Notes: generated from the letters alone by a model not told the origin. A DNA stretch of 54,239 nucleotides from Candidatus Pelethosoma merdigallinarum (GCA_018716065.1 DVKJ01000037.1:1-54239), one strand, 5' to 3'; shown: positions 20,321 to 30,658, counted from the first letter of the stretch. A program made the numbers and translations.

Positions 20321-21197
20321 ACTGCATCACTTCTTCTAATTCTGGAACGGAATAACGACCACCGATTTTAGTTACAGATAAAGCTCCAGTAATGGTCGCA
20401 ATCTGTAACGTTTGTTCTAAACGATATCCTTTTGCTAGGGCATAAACAAAGGCACCATGAAAAATATCACCAGCTGCGGTAGTATCTACAGCTTTCATCT
20501 TTAAAGATGGCATTCTTTTTAACACCCCATCACTTTCATAAAGACAACCTTTTTCTTCTAAAGTGACAATCACACGTCCTGGAAAGATTTTTTTCATTTC
20601 ATCCATCAATTGTTGATAGTGATGATTACTATCTTCTTTGGTTAAATTTGTTACACTCAAAGCAAAATTATAAGAACAAACGACAAAATGGCAGTGTTTC
20701 GATAATTCAATAATTTCTGGTGTTGGTCTACTGGCATCAATAACGCGTACAGCATTTGGAAATTGTTCAAATAAACGATTGGTTTGTTCAATCTCTTGAC
20801 CATCAGTCAAAATAATGTCTGGTTTAAAATCCAAATCTACAGGTTCCATTTTAATTTCTTCTGGTCGATATGTTAAGGTTGTTCTTGATCCTGTTTGGGT
20901 ATTTACAATAATCATACTATTTGTTGTTGTTACACGATTATTGACTTCTAAATAAGTAGTGTTAACTCCTACTTCTTTAAATTCCTCTCTAATCACTTCC
21001 CCATATTCATCGTTTCCAACGATTCCTAAAAACCAAGTTGGCATTCCCCACTTTCCTAACAGATAAGCAGCATTAGAAGCAGGTCCTCCCCCACATTCTA
21101 CTCGTTTTTGAATACGATTCTTGGTATTTTCTTTTGGATATTCTTCTACTGGGAACGTGATATCATATGAGGCATGTCCAATACATACAATTTTCAT
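20304..21197 (-). CDS. PfkB family carbohydrate kinase
   Basis: GGGPASNAA, VGNDEYG, VDTTAAGDIFHG. Confidence 0.95.
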   Translation of the reverse strand: MKIVCIGHASYDITFPVEEYPKENTKNRIQKRVECGGGPASNAAYLLGKWGMPTWFLGIVGNDEYGEVIREEFKEVGVNTTYLEVNNRVTTTNSMIIVNTQTGSRTTLTYRPEEIKMEPVDLDFKPDIILTDGQEIEQTNRLFEQFPNAVRVIDASRPTPEIIELSKHCHFVVCSYNFALSVTNLTKEDSNHHYQQLMDEMKKIFPGRVIVTLEEKGCLYESDGVLKRMPSLKMKAVDTTAAGDIFHGAFVYALAKGYRLEQTLQIATITGALSVTKIGGRYSVPELEEVMQYGKSK

Positions 21198-21292
21198 ATT
21201 ATCACCTATTATAATAATATCATATTTTTTATCATCATGAACTTTTTTTCGTTGGTTTCACAAAATTTTAATTTTTAAATTTCTAAACGAAA

Positions 21293-21318
21293 AGACTAAG
21301 ATCGCAAAATCTTAGTCT
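21293..21318 (-). terminator. Terminator after the type III toxin gene
   Basis: Hairpin AGACTAAGAT-CGCAAA-ATCTTAGTCT with a T-run on the minus strand. Confidence 0.7.
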
Positions 21319-21357
21319 CATTGATCATGAAACGTTAATTTTAAATCTATTTGTAAT

Positions 21358-21825
21358 TTACTTTATTTCTTCTAACATTCTTTCTTTAATTTTATCTATA
21401 TCTGCGAAAAACAAATTAATTCCTTGTTTTTTCAGTGCCAATAATGAATGAAAGTTTTCTAATATTTCATCTCTCAAATTATCAGCGACTCTAACAGGAG
21501 CACCATTAATTGTGTGTACATGATCTATATATTTTTCTAATGTTGGAAATGCATTTTGTAATAATATGACAGATGGTTTATTTGCAATTTCTCTTATCAT
21601 TATAGATTTACAACTTCTATACTTTTTTATTTTTTTATCTATTATTGGCTTGTATTTGGATATTTTACTACTTAATGGTATAAACCATAATATATCTTTG
21701 TCTTTAATTGTAAAATATGTGGGTCTAGATCGCCCATTTTCATGATTTATCATTAGTCCTTTATCATTTATTTTATCGAAAAATTCATCTTTGATATGAT
21801 AAATATATCCTGTTTGTACTTGCAT
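21358..21825 (-). CDS. cptN: Type III toxin-antitoxin endoribonuclease toxin, CptN family
   Basis: GYIYHIKDEFF, LMINHE..RP.Y, LWFIPLSSK..KYK, LLQNAFP..KYI motifs; preceded by tandem repeats and a terminator. Confidence 0.85.
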   Translation of the reverse strand: MQVQTGYIYHIKDEFFDKINDKGLMINHENGRSRPTYFTIKDKDILWFIPLSSKISKYKPIIDKKIKKYRSCKSIMIREIANKPSVILLQNAFPTLEKYIDHVHTINGAPVRVADNLRDEILENFHSLLALKKQGINLFFADIDKIKERMLEEIK

Positions 21826-21871
21826 AACATCATCCCCCCAGTTCCTAAAATAATTTTATCATAAAGCAAAA

Positions 21872-21901
21872 GAAAACTCTATCAATTAAGATAAAGTTTT
21901 C
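21872..21901 (-). terminator. Terminator between antitoxin repeats and toxin
   Basis: Minus strand GAAAACTTTATC-TTAATT-GATAGAGTTTTC-TTTT. Confidence 0.8.
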
Positions 21902-21902
21902 A

Positions 21903-22011
21903 AACATTTTCGACCGAGATCATTTATAACTCGCACCACTCGGAAGCGACTAACATTTCGCGATTGGAATCATTTATACCCCGCACCATCCATAAGCGGC
22001 TAACATTTTCG
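21903..22011 (-). ncRNA. cptI: CptI-type antitoxin RNA, about 2.2 tandem 49-50 nt pseudoknot repeats
   Basis: Units at 21903-21951 and 21952-22001 plus a partial unit at 22002-22011. Both full units fold as H-type pseudoknots with compensatory changes. Confidence 0.85.
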
Positions 22012-22039
22012 TATTACTGCATTTCTTCAATGCAATAAT

Positions 22040-22068
22040 AATATACTATATTTTCCTAAAAATGTCAA
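22040..22068 (-). promoter_or_regulatory. sigmaA promoter of cptIN
   Basis: TTGACA-N17-TATATT on the minus strand. Confidence 0.75.
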
Positions 22069-22229
22069 TAAGTATACATTTATAGTATATTCAATTATTA
22101 CTTTTTTATTACCACTTGTAACTAATTGTTTTCATGTTCGCGAATCGCTGCTTGTGTCCTATAATACATAGGAAAACTTATTGGAACGACTTGTCGTTCT
22201 ATTAGACTAAGATTACTTATTTTTTCACT

Positions 22230-23579
22230 CTAATTTGATGCCCAATATTGAATTTTTGCCAATGCCAATCCTATTTTATATCCAACACCAAATTTTATTG
22301 TTAGTTGTTCTTCTAATTTTTTAATAACATAATCTAGGTATTTATCTTGATTTTGATTTAAAACACCTAATTCCTCATTAGTTAACTCATTATGAAATCC
22401 ATAATGTAAATTATCTCTACATTTTCTATTAACAGGAAAAAATTCTTCACATATTTCCTTTGGATAGTTTTCTAAAATTAGATTTAAAAAAGGAATATTA
22501 TTTTGTTTTTTATCATTCCATAACATTTCAATTAAAGCTGCTTTAACCTTAAGTAAGAAACTATCAAAACTCACTTTAATGTTTTTTTCTTCGGATATAG
22601 TAATAAAATTGTTTTTGTTAAAAAGTTTTGAAAAAAACATGGTAGTTTTTAATAAACCTATTCTTTGTAAAATATATATTTTTTCATCGTTTGACAAATC
22701 ATTATTAAATATTTTTTTAGACGAATATGATTTATATGTCGTTTCTTTTTTGTCAAATCTTTTAATGAATTCATCAACGTAAGGTTTTCGTAATTCTTCA
22801 AAAAATTCATTTAGTTGCGGATGAAAATTTTTAATCCATCTTCTCGGACTTAATATTATTCCGTTATATAATTCAAAATTTTCTTTCTTTCTATTAAGCC
22901 AAGTGCGACTATTTATATCTATTAATTCATCATCAATATAAAATAATACATTATCGAAAACATAGTTTTCAAAATCAATTCCCATTTCTTCAATTATATT
23001 TTTTATAGTTTTAGAATTATATAATGGACATTTTTTAAAATAATTTTTTCTTAAATCTTTTACTTGCTTATCAGAAACATAATTTGGATCTTTTAATTCA
23101 CCAAATTTATAAGTAATAACTTCCTCGCAAAATGATGATGAAGAAAATAATAAAAAGTCTGTTAATAAAGCTTTTAATATTTCATTCTGAATTTTATCTG
23201 CTGTTGTTAAAATTATACCAAGCCAAAATGAATCATTAAGTATTTCAAATTCAATTAGTAATGACATATTAAAAAGCAATTGATAATGAAGCTCATTTTT
23301 AATAAGAGGCATAATCTCGTTTATAACTCCTATTTTATATTGTTTTTTATCTTCCAACTTTGTATTTAATAAACATTTAACAAAAATATATTTAGTTGTT
23401 TCTTCTATTATAGTAATATCTCTTATACCATGTTTAAATTTGTTTTGATATTTTTCACAAATAATATCTTCATCATAAATATTTTTTGTTGTAATTAAAG
23501 AAGGTAATTCCCAGCCATTATTATTTATTATTAAAAATTTGCTATTACTTGTATCAACTAAAAATATTATTTTTTTCAT
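22230..23579 (-). CDS. Hypothetical protein, possible C-terminal HEPN-like motif
   Basis: 449 aa very AT-rich ORF with AAGGTG RBS; RKCRDNLHY near the C-terminus. Confidence 0.75.
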   Translation of the reverse strand: MKKIIFLVDTSNSKFLIINNNGWELPSLITTKNIYDEDIICEKYQNKFKHGIRDITIIEETTKYIFVKCLLNTKLEDKKQYKIGVINEIMPLIKNELHYQLLFNMSLLIEFEILNDSFWLGIILTTADKIQNEILKALLTDFLLFSSSSFCEEVITYKFGELKDPNYVSDKQVKDLRKNYFKKCPLYNSKTIKNIIEEMGIDFENYVFDNVLFYIDDELIDINSRTWLNRKKENFELYNGIILSPRRWIKNFHPQLNEFFEELRKPYVDEFIKRFDKKETTYKSYSSKKIFNNDLSNDEKIYILQRIGLLKTTMFFSKLFNKNNFITISEEKNIKVSFDSFLLKVKAALIEMLWNDKKQNNIPFLNLILENYPKEICEEFFPVNRKCRDNLHYGFHNELTNEELGVLNQNQDKYLDYVIKKLEEQLTIKFGVGYKIGLALAKIQYWASN

Positions 23580-23645
23580 AATACGTCACCTTTATTTAGA
23601 TATATTATACCATATTAACACTTAATATTTTTATTATCTTAATAT

Positions 23646-25265
23646 TTAATTATTATTTTTATGTTCTTTTAATAGACAATCATATTTACTCTTTCCACTA
23701 ATTTTTAATTTTATTGTGTCATTCATAAAATTTAATTTCCATTCAAAGAAATCTTTATGAACTATGATTTTATCTATAAATTCTTCTATTATTTTTTCAT
23801 CAACACCACTATAATTAATATCTAATAATTTTCGAATACTCATTTTCGCTTTTTCTATTCTTACATCTAATGGTTCTATTGATTCATATTTTTTCTCTAA
23901 TTCATTTATTTCTATTTTGTATTTCTCTATTCTACTAGATAATTTCTTTTGAAAAATATCATACATTGTTAAATCAATTGTTTGATCTAAATAATTATCA
24001 ATTAATTTATCTAGTTTTAATGTTTCTGTTTCTACTAATTGTGTTAATTTATCAATTCTTTGTTTTATTTTTTTCTCGGGATGTTCATCAATTTTCACTC
24101 CTTTCATTAATCTATCATATAGTTCTTTTCTATTACCTACATCCTGTGTAAGATTTCTAAATATTGCTTCAGCCATGTATTGTAACTTCCATTCTTGAAC
24201 TTCTTTAACTTCACATAATTTATAATCACTATTTTGATATCTATTTTTTGGATGCGTTTTTCTGTTATAGCAAACATAACAAAACGTAGTACTATTTTTA
24301 TTTCTATGATAAACTTTTCGATTAAAATTAGATCCACATTCACATATTAGTTTCTTACTCCAAATATTTTTAGCTACACCATTTACTTGTCTTCTACCTA
24401 TTTTTATTGGTTTAGAATGACTATCCATTATTTGCTGAACCTTTTTAAAATCTTCTTTGGATACAAGTGGTTCATGTTTACCTTCCACTATTACTTGTTC
24501 TACTTCGCCATAGTTCATTTTAGGTTTTTGTTCTAAATAATCAGGTATATACGATTTTCTATAAACTATAGTACCCGAATAAAACGGATTTCTTAATACT
24601 CTTGATATATATGCAGGACTCCAATTGGTTAACCCAGTTGATGTTTTTGCTTCTCTTCTTGTCAATTCATTAGCAATTGAAACAGTACCTTTACCATTTA
24701 AATATTCTGAATATATAAATCTTACTATTTCAGCTTGTTCTTCATTAATAATTAAATCTTTACCAACTTTATCATATCCAAGTATATTGCCTGTTCCATA
24801 GAATACTCCATTTTGAAATGATATCATTTGACCAGCTTTAACTCTTTGAGAAGTCTTCTTACTCTCATTTTGAGCAATTGTTGCCATTATAGTCAGTTTT
24901 AATTCTCCATCTTCATCATTAAATGTCCAAATATTATCTTCTGTAAAATAAACTTCTACTCCAATCTTTTTTAGCTTTCTAGTTTCTTGCAGAGCATCGA
25001 CTGTGTTTCTTGCAAACCTTGATAATTCACGGGTTCCTATTAAATCAAATTTACCTTCTTTAGCGTCCTCTAACATTCTTATAAAATTTTTTCTCTTCTT
25101 AGTAGAAGTACCCGTAATACCTTCATCAATGTATCTATCATAAAGAATCCAATTAGATTGTTGCTTTAGAATACTATCATAATATTGAATTTGATTATCT
25201 AACGCAGACAATTGAGCTTCATGTTCGGTTGAAACTCTGGCATATATTGCTACTTTTCTTTTCAT
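23646..25265 (-). CDS. Large serine recombinase (integrase)
   Basis: VAIYARVST, YIDEGITGT, SRFARN, recombinase domain ending in GKHEPLVS, zinc ribbon CECG...YVC, coiled coil. Confidence 0.95.
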   Translation of the reverse strand: MKRKVAIYARVSTEHEAQLSALDNQIQYYDSILKQQSNWILYDRYIDEGITGTSTKKRKNFIRMLEDAKEGKFDLIGTRELSRFARNTVDALQETRKLKKIGVEVYFTEDNIWTFNDEDGELKLTIMATIAQNESKKTSQRVKAGQMISFQNGVFYGTGNILGYDKVGKDLIINEEQAEIVRFIYSEYLNGKGTVSIANELTRREAKTSTGLTNWSPAYISRVLRNPFYSGTIVYRKSYIPDYLEQKPKMNYGEVEQVIVEGKHEPLVSKEDFKKVQQIMDSHSKPIKIGRRQVNGVAKNIWSKKLICECGSNFNRKVYHRNKNSTTFCYVCYNRKTHPKNRYQNSDYKLCEVKEVQEWKLQYMAEAIFRNLTQDVGNRKELYDRLMKGVKIDEHPEKKIKQRIDKLTQLVETETLKLDKLIDNYLDQTIDLTMYDIFQKKLSSRIEKYKIEINELEKKYESIEPLDVRIEKAKMSIRKLLDINYSGVDEKIIEEFIDKIIVHKDFFEWKLNFMNDTIKLKISGKSKYDCLLKEHKNNN

Positions 25266-25439
25266 TTTATCACCTCTACAAATAAATTAACATTTTTTAT
25301 AATAATAGTTTAGGGTGCGATTTTTTTCAAAAAAAAGAAGTACTTCTACTTCTTTAAATCACTAAATTTCAAACTATTATGAGTTTTTTTATTTTTTTTC
25401 TACTCAAGAGTTCATAATATCAAAAAATTACACTCATTT

Positions 25440-26276
25440 TTATTTGCTAAGCAACTCTTTTTTCTTTTCTTCAAACTCATCTTTACTGATTATTCCATCA
25501 TCCAACAGTTCCTTATACTCCCTTATTTGTTCTGGAATAGATTTTTCACTTTTTATTTTTACATCAGTCTTAGCATCAGCTTCGTAATTTAAAATAAAAT
25601 CTCTTGCCTTCTCAAAATCTTTTAAAACCACTTTATTTAAAGATATACAATTTGGTTGCTTGGCAGGATCCTCATTTGCATTATTAGACCAATAATTTAA
25701 TTTTTTATTTTCTAATCCACCTGTAGAAATTTCAAAGTAACCAGATAATAAATGCATATCAATTTCTACATTTGTTATTTTATTATATGGAATATGAAAA
25801 TTACCTTTTCCTAAAAAATGTCCTGTCATAAAACCTTTTTTTGCTATATATACACTTTTGTTTGTACAGATTAAATACTCTCTAAAAGCTCCTTTTATAG
25901 CAATGAGAACTTTTTCACCGCTTTCCTCAATTGAACCAATAAGGTCGCTTAATTCAGTGGTAAGTTGTGAACATAAAATCATGTCTTTATTATCAATAGA
26001 AGCTTGGTTTGAATCGTCACGAACAATTGTATATTTAAATCCATTACATGAAATATTAAAAGCTATCAGTTCATCTTCATCAATATTCAATTCTTGATCC
26101 TCTGATTTTTTAAATGCGCCACTATCTTTTATTTGAAAAACATGTTTTCCTTCATCAACTTCAAAAACTTCACTTGAATTTTGTTTAATTTTGCCAACAT
26201 TTTCTCCATCAATATAAACACTAAAACTACACAGTAAACCACTTGCCGTTTTTGCATTAAATTTAACTTTTCCCAT
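25440..26276 (-). CDS. Hypothetical protein with PH-like domain and C-terminal SHOCT
   Basis: C-terminal IREYKELLDDGIISKDEFEEKKKELL is SHOCT-like; central IPYNKITNVE..LLSGYFEI segment is PH-like. Confidence 0.8.
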   Translation of the reverse strand: MGKVKFNAKTASGLLCSFSVYIDGENVGKIKQNSSEVFEVDEGKHVFQIKDSGAFKKSEDQELNIDEDELIAFNISCNGFKYTIVRDDSNQASIDNKDMILCSQLTTELSDLIGSIEESGEKVLIAIKGAFREYLICTNKSVYIAKKGFMTGHFLGKGNFHIPYNKITNVEIDMHLLSGYFEISTGGLENKKLNYWSNNANEDPAKQPNCISLNKVVLKDFEKARDFILNYEADAKTDVKIKSEKSIPEQIREYKELLDDGIISKDEFEEKKKELLSK

Positions 26277-26355
26277 TTTAATCACCAACCTATTACCATT
26301 ATAACATAATTTTCTAAAATTAGATTATTTGTGATATTATTTATTTTGCAAACTA

Positions 26356-26817
26356 TTAATCTTCTATCCTAAAATTTAATTTCCATTCAAGATATTCGTC
26401 ATCTGATATTTCTAGATTTTCTCTTTTTTCTTTCATTTTTTGCCATTCTCTAATAGCATTTAAAACCACCTCATTATATTCAGTATCTTCATGACTGTCA
26501 CAATCAAATTTTATCTCATAATATGGGAACTCCTCTTCTAACCACATATGAAAATAAATAACATCTATTGGATTGTTAAAATCATATTTCTTTATGGCAT
26601 CAACACTTACTTCATATAACTCTGCTATTTCTTTTAGTCTTTCTTTACTTGGTTCTCTATAGTTGTTTTCATAACTATTAAAAGTTTTATGTGGATCTTT
26701 ACCTCCGAAACCAAAATATTCTGCCACATCGTGTTGCTTCATATGTCTAAGTCTCCTTATATACTCAAGTCTGGCTCCTTGAGATAAATTTTTTAAAGTT
26801 GGTTTAGCATAATACAT
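26356..26817 (-). CDS. XRE-family helix-turn-helix regulator
   Basis: GARLEYIRRLRHMKQHDVAE...SYENNYREPS..RLKEIAELYEVS. Confidence 0.88.
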   Translation of the reverse strand: MYYAKPTLKNLSQGARLEYIRRLRHMKQHDVAEYFGFGGKDPHKTFNSYENNYREPSKERLKEIAELYEVSVDAIKKYDFNNPIDVIYFHMWLEEEFPYYEIKFDCDSHEDTEYNEVVLNAIREWQKMKEKRENLEISDDEYLEWKLNFRIED

Positions 26818-26977
26818 TTTCATCATTCCTTTCTTATTTGTATATTTACCCAACAAAAAAATAGTCGTCCGAACTATATTGCGACTATCTTTTATTAAAA
26901 CATAACCTTTTTATCACTATACTAGCTAACACTTATTTATTCTTTTATTTATCAACTATTTCTTTTTATTACAACAA

Positions 26978-27000
26978 AAAAAGAGCTTTTCAGCTCTTTC
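26978..27000 (-). terminator. Terminator after ppdK
   Basis: AAAGAGCT-TTTC-AGCTCTTT hairpin with a T-run on the minus strand. Confidence 0.75.
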
Positions 27001-27031
27001 ATATTATTTTATTTTAGTACGCTTATGCGTT

Positions 27032-29662
27032 CTATTTTTCACCCGCTTTTAAAGCAGCTTGCGCTGCAGCCAATCTTGCGATAGGTACACGGAATGGACT
27101 ACAAGATACATAAGTAAGTCCTAACATGTGACAGAACTCTACACTAGATGGTTCTCCACCATGTTCTCCACAAATACCAAGTTTGATATCTGGACGTGTT
27201 TGTCTACCTTTTTCGGTTGCAATCTTCATTAATTGTCCAACACCTTCACGATCGATTTTAGCAAATGGATCGGATTCAAAAATACCTTTCTTATAATAGT
27301 CTTCTAAGAATTTACCGGCATCATCACGACTAAATCCATAAGTCATTTGTGTTAAATCGTTCGTTCCGAATGAGAAGAATTCAGCTTCGGTTGCGATTTT
27401 ATCTGCTAAAAGAGCTGCTCTTGGAATTTCAATCATGGTTCCAACTTTATATTTGATATCTGCACCAGATTCTTTAATGATTTCATCTGCAGTTGTAACC
27501 ACTTCATTCTTTACATATTGTAACTCTTTTAAGTCTCCAACTAATGGAATCATAATTTCTGGTTCAATATGAATTCCTTCTTTAGAAACATTAATTGCGG
27601 CTTCAATGACAGCACGTGTTTGCATACGAGCAATTTCTGGGTAAGTAACTGCTAAACGGCATCCACGATGTCCCATCATTGGGTTAAATTCTTTTAATGA
27701 TTCTACACGTGCTTTTAAAGCTTCAAAAGTCATTCCAAGGCTTTCAGCAAGTGGTTTAATTTCTTCGTCTGTGTGAGGTAAGAATTCATGTAGTGGTGGA
27801 TCTAAGAAACGAATCGTTACACCATAGTCTGACATTTCTCTAAATAATCCTTCAAAGTCTTCACGTTGATATGGTAATATTTTTTCTAAAGCTTCGGTAC
27901 GTGATTCTTCGGTTTCAGCAGTAATCATACGACGGAAATTGAAAATTCTTTCTTCGTCAAAGAACATGTGTTCCGTACGGCATAAACCAATTCCTTCTGC
28001 ACCAAAGTTACGAGCTGCACGAGCATCTTTTGGTGAATCGGCATTCGCACGAACTTGTAATTTACGCGTATCATCGGCCCATTTCATGAAAGTTTCAAAG
28101 TTTCCACTAATTTCTGGATCTACCGTTTTAATTTGTTTTCCATAAACATTTCCAGTAGAACCATCTAAACTCATATAATCACCTTCATGGAATTCTTGAC
28201 CATCTTTGGTCATTAAAACTTTCTTTTCTTCATCAATGCGTAGTTCTCCACAACCAGATACACAACAAGTACCCATACCACGAGCAACTACAGCCGCATG
28301 ACTAGTCATTCCTCCACGAATGGTTAAAATACCATGTGCGACATTCATTCCTTCAATATCTTCTGGGCTCGTTTCTAAACGAACTAATAAGATATCTTCT
28401 TCTCCATTTTTATGAGCTTGTAGTACATCATCAGCTGTAAAATAAATTTTACCTGTAGCTGCACCTGGAGAAGCGGCTAAACCTTTAGCAATTGGTTTTT
28501 CTGCTTTTAAAGCTTCATTATCAAACGTTTTATGTAACAATTGATCTAATTGTTTTGGCTCTACCATAAGAAGGGCTTGTTCTTTTGTGATCATTCCCTC
28601 TTCTACCATTTCTACGGCAATACGAAGAGCCGCATGAGCAGTACGTTTTCCATTACGTGTTTGTAACATATATAATTTACCATTCTCAATCGTAAATTCC
28701 ATATCTTGCATATCACGATAATGATCTTCTAGTAAAGCACAAATTTTAACAAATTGATCATAACATTCTGGCATAACTTCTTTTAGGGTATCAATTGATT
28801 GAGGTGTACGAATACCCGCAACTACATCTTCTCCTTGGGCATTCATTAAATATTCACCAAATAATTTCTTTTCTCCTGTAGCAGGATTACGTGTAAACGC
28901 AACACCAGTTCCTGATGTTTCTCCACGGTTTCCATAAACCATTTCTTGAACATTAACCGCAGTTCCCCAAGAACCTGGAATATCATTTAAACGACGATAA
29001 GTAATCGCACGATCATTATTCCAAGAACGGAATACAGCTTTTACCGCTTCTAATAATTGAACTTTTGGATCTTGTGGGAAATCCACACCTGCATGTTTTT
29101 TGTATTCATTTTTATAAATTTCCACTACTTCTTGTAAATCTTCAGTTGTTAAGTCCGTATCAAACTCTACACCTTTTTGTTCTTTAATACGATCAAATTG
29201 ATGTTCAAAGTCTTCTTTAGGAAAAGACATTACAACATCCGCAAACATTTGAATAAAACGACGATAACTATCGTATACGAAACGAGGGTTATTCGTAGCT
29301 TCTACAAATCCTTTTGCGACTTCATCATTTAATCCTAAATTTAATACGGTATCCATCATACCTGGCATACTTGTTCTTGCCCCACTACGAACAGAAACAA
29401 GTAAAGGATTATGAACATCTCCCATTACTTTTCCTGTAATTTTTTCTAGAGCGGCAAGTTGACTGAAAATTTCATCTTCAATCTCTTTACTGATCTTTTT
29501 ACCATCTTCATAATATTTGGTACAAGCTTCTGTTGTTACCGTAAAACCTTGTGGAACAGGTAATCCTATTTTGGTCATTTCGGCAAGGTTCGCACCTTTA
29601 CCACCTAATAGATTACGCATATCTTTATTACCTTCACTAAATAGGTAAACATATTTTGTCAT
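27032..29662 (-). CDS. ppdK: Pyruvate, phosphate dikinase
   Basis: LLGGKGANLAEM, SMPGMMDTVLNLG, GGMTSHAAVVARG (phospho-His), GICGEHGG. Confidence 0.99.
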   Translation of the reverse strand: MTKYVYLFSEGNKDMRNLLGGKGANLAEMTKIGLPVPQGFTVTTEACTKYYEDGKKISKEIEDEIFSQLAALEKITGKVMGDVHNPLLVSVRSGARTSMPGMMDTVLNLGLNDEVAKGFVEATNNPRFVYDSYRRFIQMFADVVMSFPKEDFEHQFDRIKEQKGVEFDTDLTTEDLQEVVEIYKNEYKKHAGVDFPQDPKVQLLEAVKAVFRSWNNDRAITYRRLNDIPGSWGTAVNVQEMVYGNRGETSGTGVAFTRNPATGEKKLFGEYLMNAQGEDVVAGIRTPQSIDTLKEVMPECYDQFVKICALLEDHYRDMQDMEFTIENGKLYMLQTRNGKRTAHAALRIAVEMVEEGMITKEQALLMVEPKQLDQLLHKTFDNEALKAEKPIAKGLAASPGAATGKIYFTADDVLQAHKNGEEDILLVRLETSPEDIEGMNVAHGILTIRGGMTSHAAVVARGMGTCCVSGCGELRIDEEKKVLMTKDGQEFHEGDYMSLDGSTGNVYGKQIKTVDPEISGNFETFMKWADDTRKLQVRANADSPKDARAARNFGAEGIGLCRTEHMFFDEERIFNFRRMITAETEESRTEALEKILPYQREDFEGLFREMSDYGVTIRFLDPPLHEFLPHTDEEIKPLAESLGMTFEALKARVESLKEFNPMMGHRGCRLAVTYPEIARMQTRAVIEAAINVSKEGIHIEPEIMIPLVGDLKELQYVKNEVVTTADEIIKESGADIKYKVGTMIEIPRAALLADKIATEAEFFSFGTNDLTQMTYGFSRDDAGKFLEDYYKKGIFESDPFAKIDREGVGQLMKIATEKGRQTRPDIKLGICGEHGGEPSSVEFCHMLGLTYVSCSPFRVPIARLAAAQAALKAGEK

Positions 29663-29770
29663 CATATTCCTCCTCACATTGTCCCAATTTCATTATATCA
29701 TGAATTAGACTTTTTTAGGCAAAAAAAGAAGAAATCATTCTTCTTTACAGTATATGTATTAACTATTTTC

Positions 29771-30658
29771 TTATGACTTCGCACGCGGATGAGCATGTAG
29801 GTAAACTTCTCTAAGATGGGCATTAGATACATGAGTATATACTTGCGTCGTTGAAAGATTCTCATGACCTAACAACTCTTGAACACTTTTTAAATCAGCA
29901 CCCTCATTTAACATATGCGTCGCATAAGTATGACGAAACGTATGGGGGGTAACATGAATTTTTAAACCACTTTTACGAACAACTTGTTCAAAAATAAGTT
30001 CTACTCCTCGAACACTAAGAGGTTTCCCATTTTTATTTAAAAATAGGAATTGCACACTAGGATCTTTGATTAACTTCCCACGACCGTTCTTCGCATAATC
30101 AATTAATTTTTTTTCACACATTTTTCCATAATAGACAATACGCTCTTTATTTCCTTTTCCCACTACCCTAATTTCTCCATGACTGACATCAGATAACTTT
30201 ATATGAACTAATTCACTTACACGAATTCCCGTAGAATAAAGCATTTCTAAGATCAACGCATCTCTTTTTCCTAAAGGAGTACTTGTATCTACACTATTCA
30301 TCAGTTGATCTAATTCTTCATAATTGACATAATTCGGTAATTTCTTATCTAATTTCGGATTCGAAAGTAATACACAGGGATCGGAATCAAGTTTGTTTTC
30401 ACGTACTAAATATTTGAAAAAAGAACGAAGAGAACTAATAACACGAGAAATGGTTTTCTTGCTATATTTTTTTTCATATAAAGACATTAAATACATACGT
30501 AAAATCGAATAATCTACCTTTTTTAAATGAGAAATATTTTCTTGTTTTAAAAAGGAGTGAAACAAAAGTAAATCACGTTCATAACTCTTTACCGTTTCTT
30601 TTGAATACCCTTTTTCTACTTCAATATATCTTAAGAAAGCGACAATATCCTGATTCAT
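29771..30658 (-). CDS. xerC: Tyrosine recombinase XerC/XerD family
   Basis: LYSTGIRVSEL, GKGNKER, TPHTFRHTYATHML, LLGHENLSTTQVYTH. Confidence 0.88.
   Translation of the reverse strand: MNQDIVAFLRYIEVEKGYSKETVKSYERDLLLFHSFLKQENISHLKKVDYSILRMYLMSLYEKKYSKKTISRVISSLRSFFKYLVRENKLDSDPCVLLSNPKLDKKLPNYVNYEELDQLMNSVDTSTPLGKRDALILEMLYSTGIRVSELVHIKLSDVSHGEIRVVGKGNKERIVYYGKMCEKKLIDYAKNGRGKLIKDPSVQFLFLNKNGKPLSVRGVELIFEQVVRKSGLKIHVTPHTFRHTYATHMLNEGADLKSVQELLGHENLSTTQVYTHVSNAHLREVYLHAHPRAKS

Larger units (their letters stand above)
21290..26900. mobile_element. Degraded integrative islet: HTH repressor, SHOCT protein, large serine recombinase, orphan, CptIN TA
   Basis: Visibly more AT-rich block between pfkB and ppdK carrying an integrase-family gene, an XRE regulator and a TA locus. 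No att sites were identified, so the boundaries are approximate. Confidence 0.65.

Noticed and set aside
21903-22011. Repeats as a mini CRISPR array
   Set aside because: The units are contiguous with no unique spacers, there are no cas genes, and the layout fits a type III antitoxin.
22120-22229. Short open frame (…ERQVVPISFPMYYRTQAAIREHENN) and a second AGACTAAGAT 10-mer near 22204
   Set aside because: No convincing start or homology can be supported, and the 10-mer is too short to call an att site.
29771-30658. xerC as an island integrase or invertase for the adhesin genes
   Set aside because: It looks like a housekeeping Xer recombinase in an operon, and I found no flanking inverted repeats or dif-like site.
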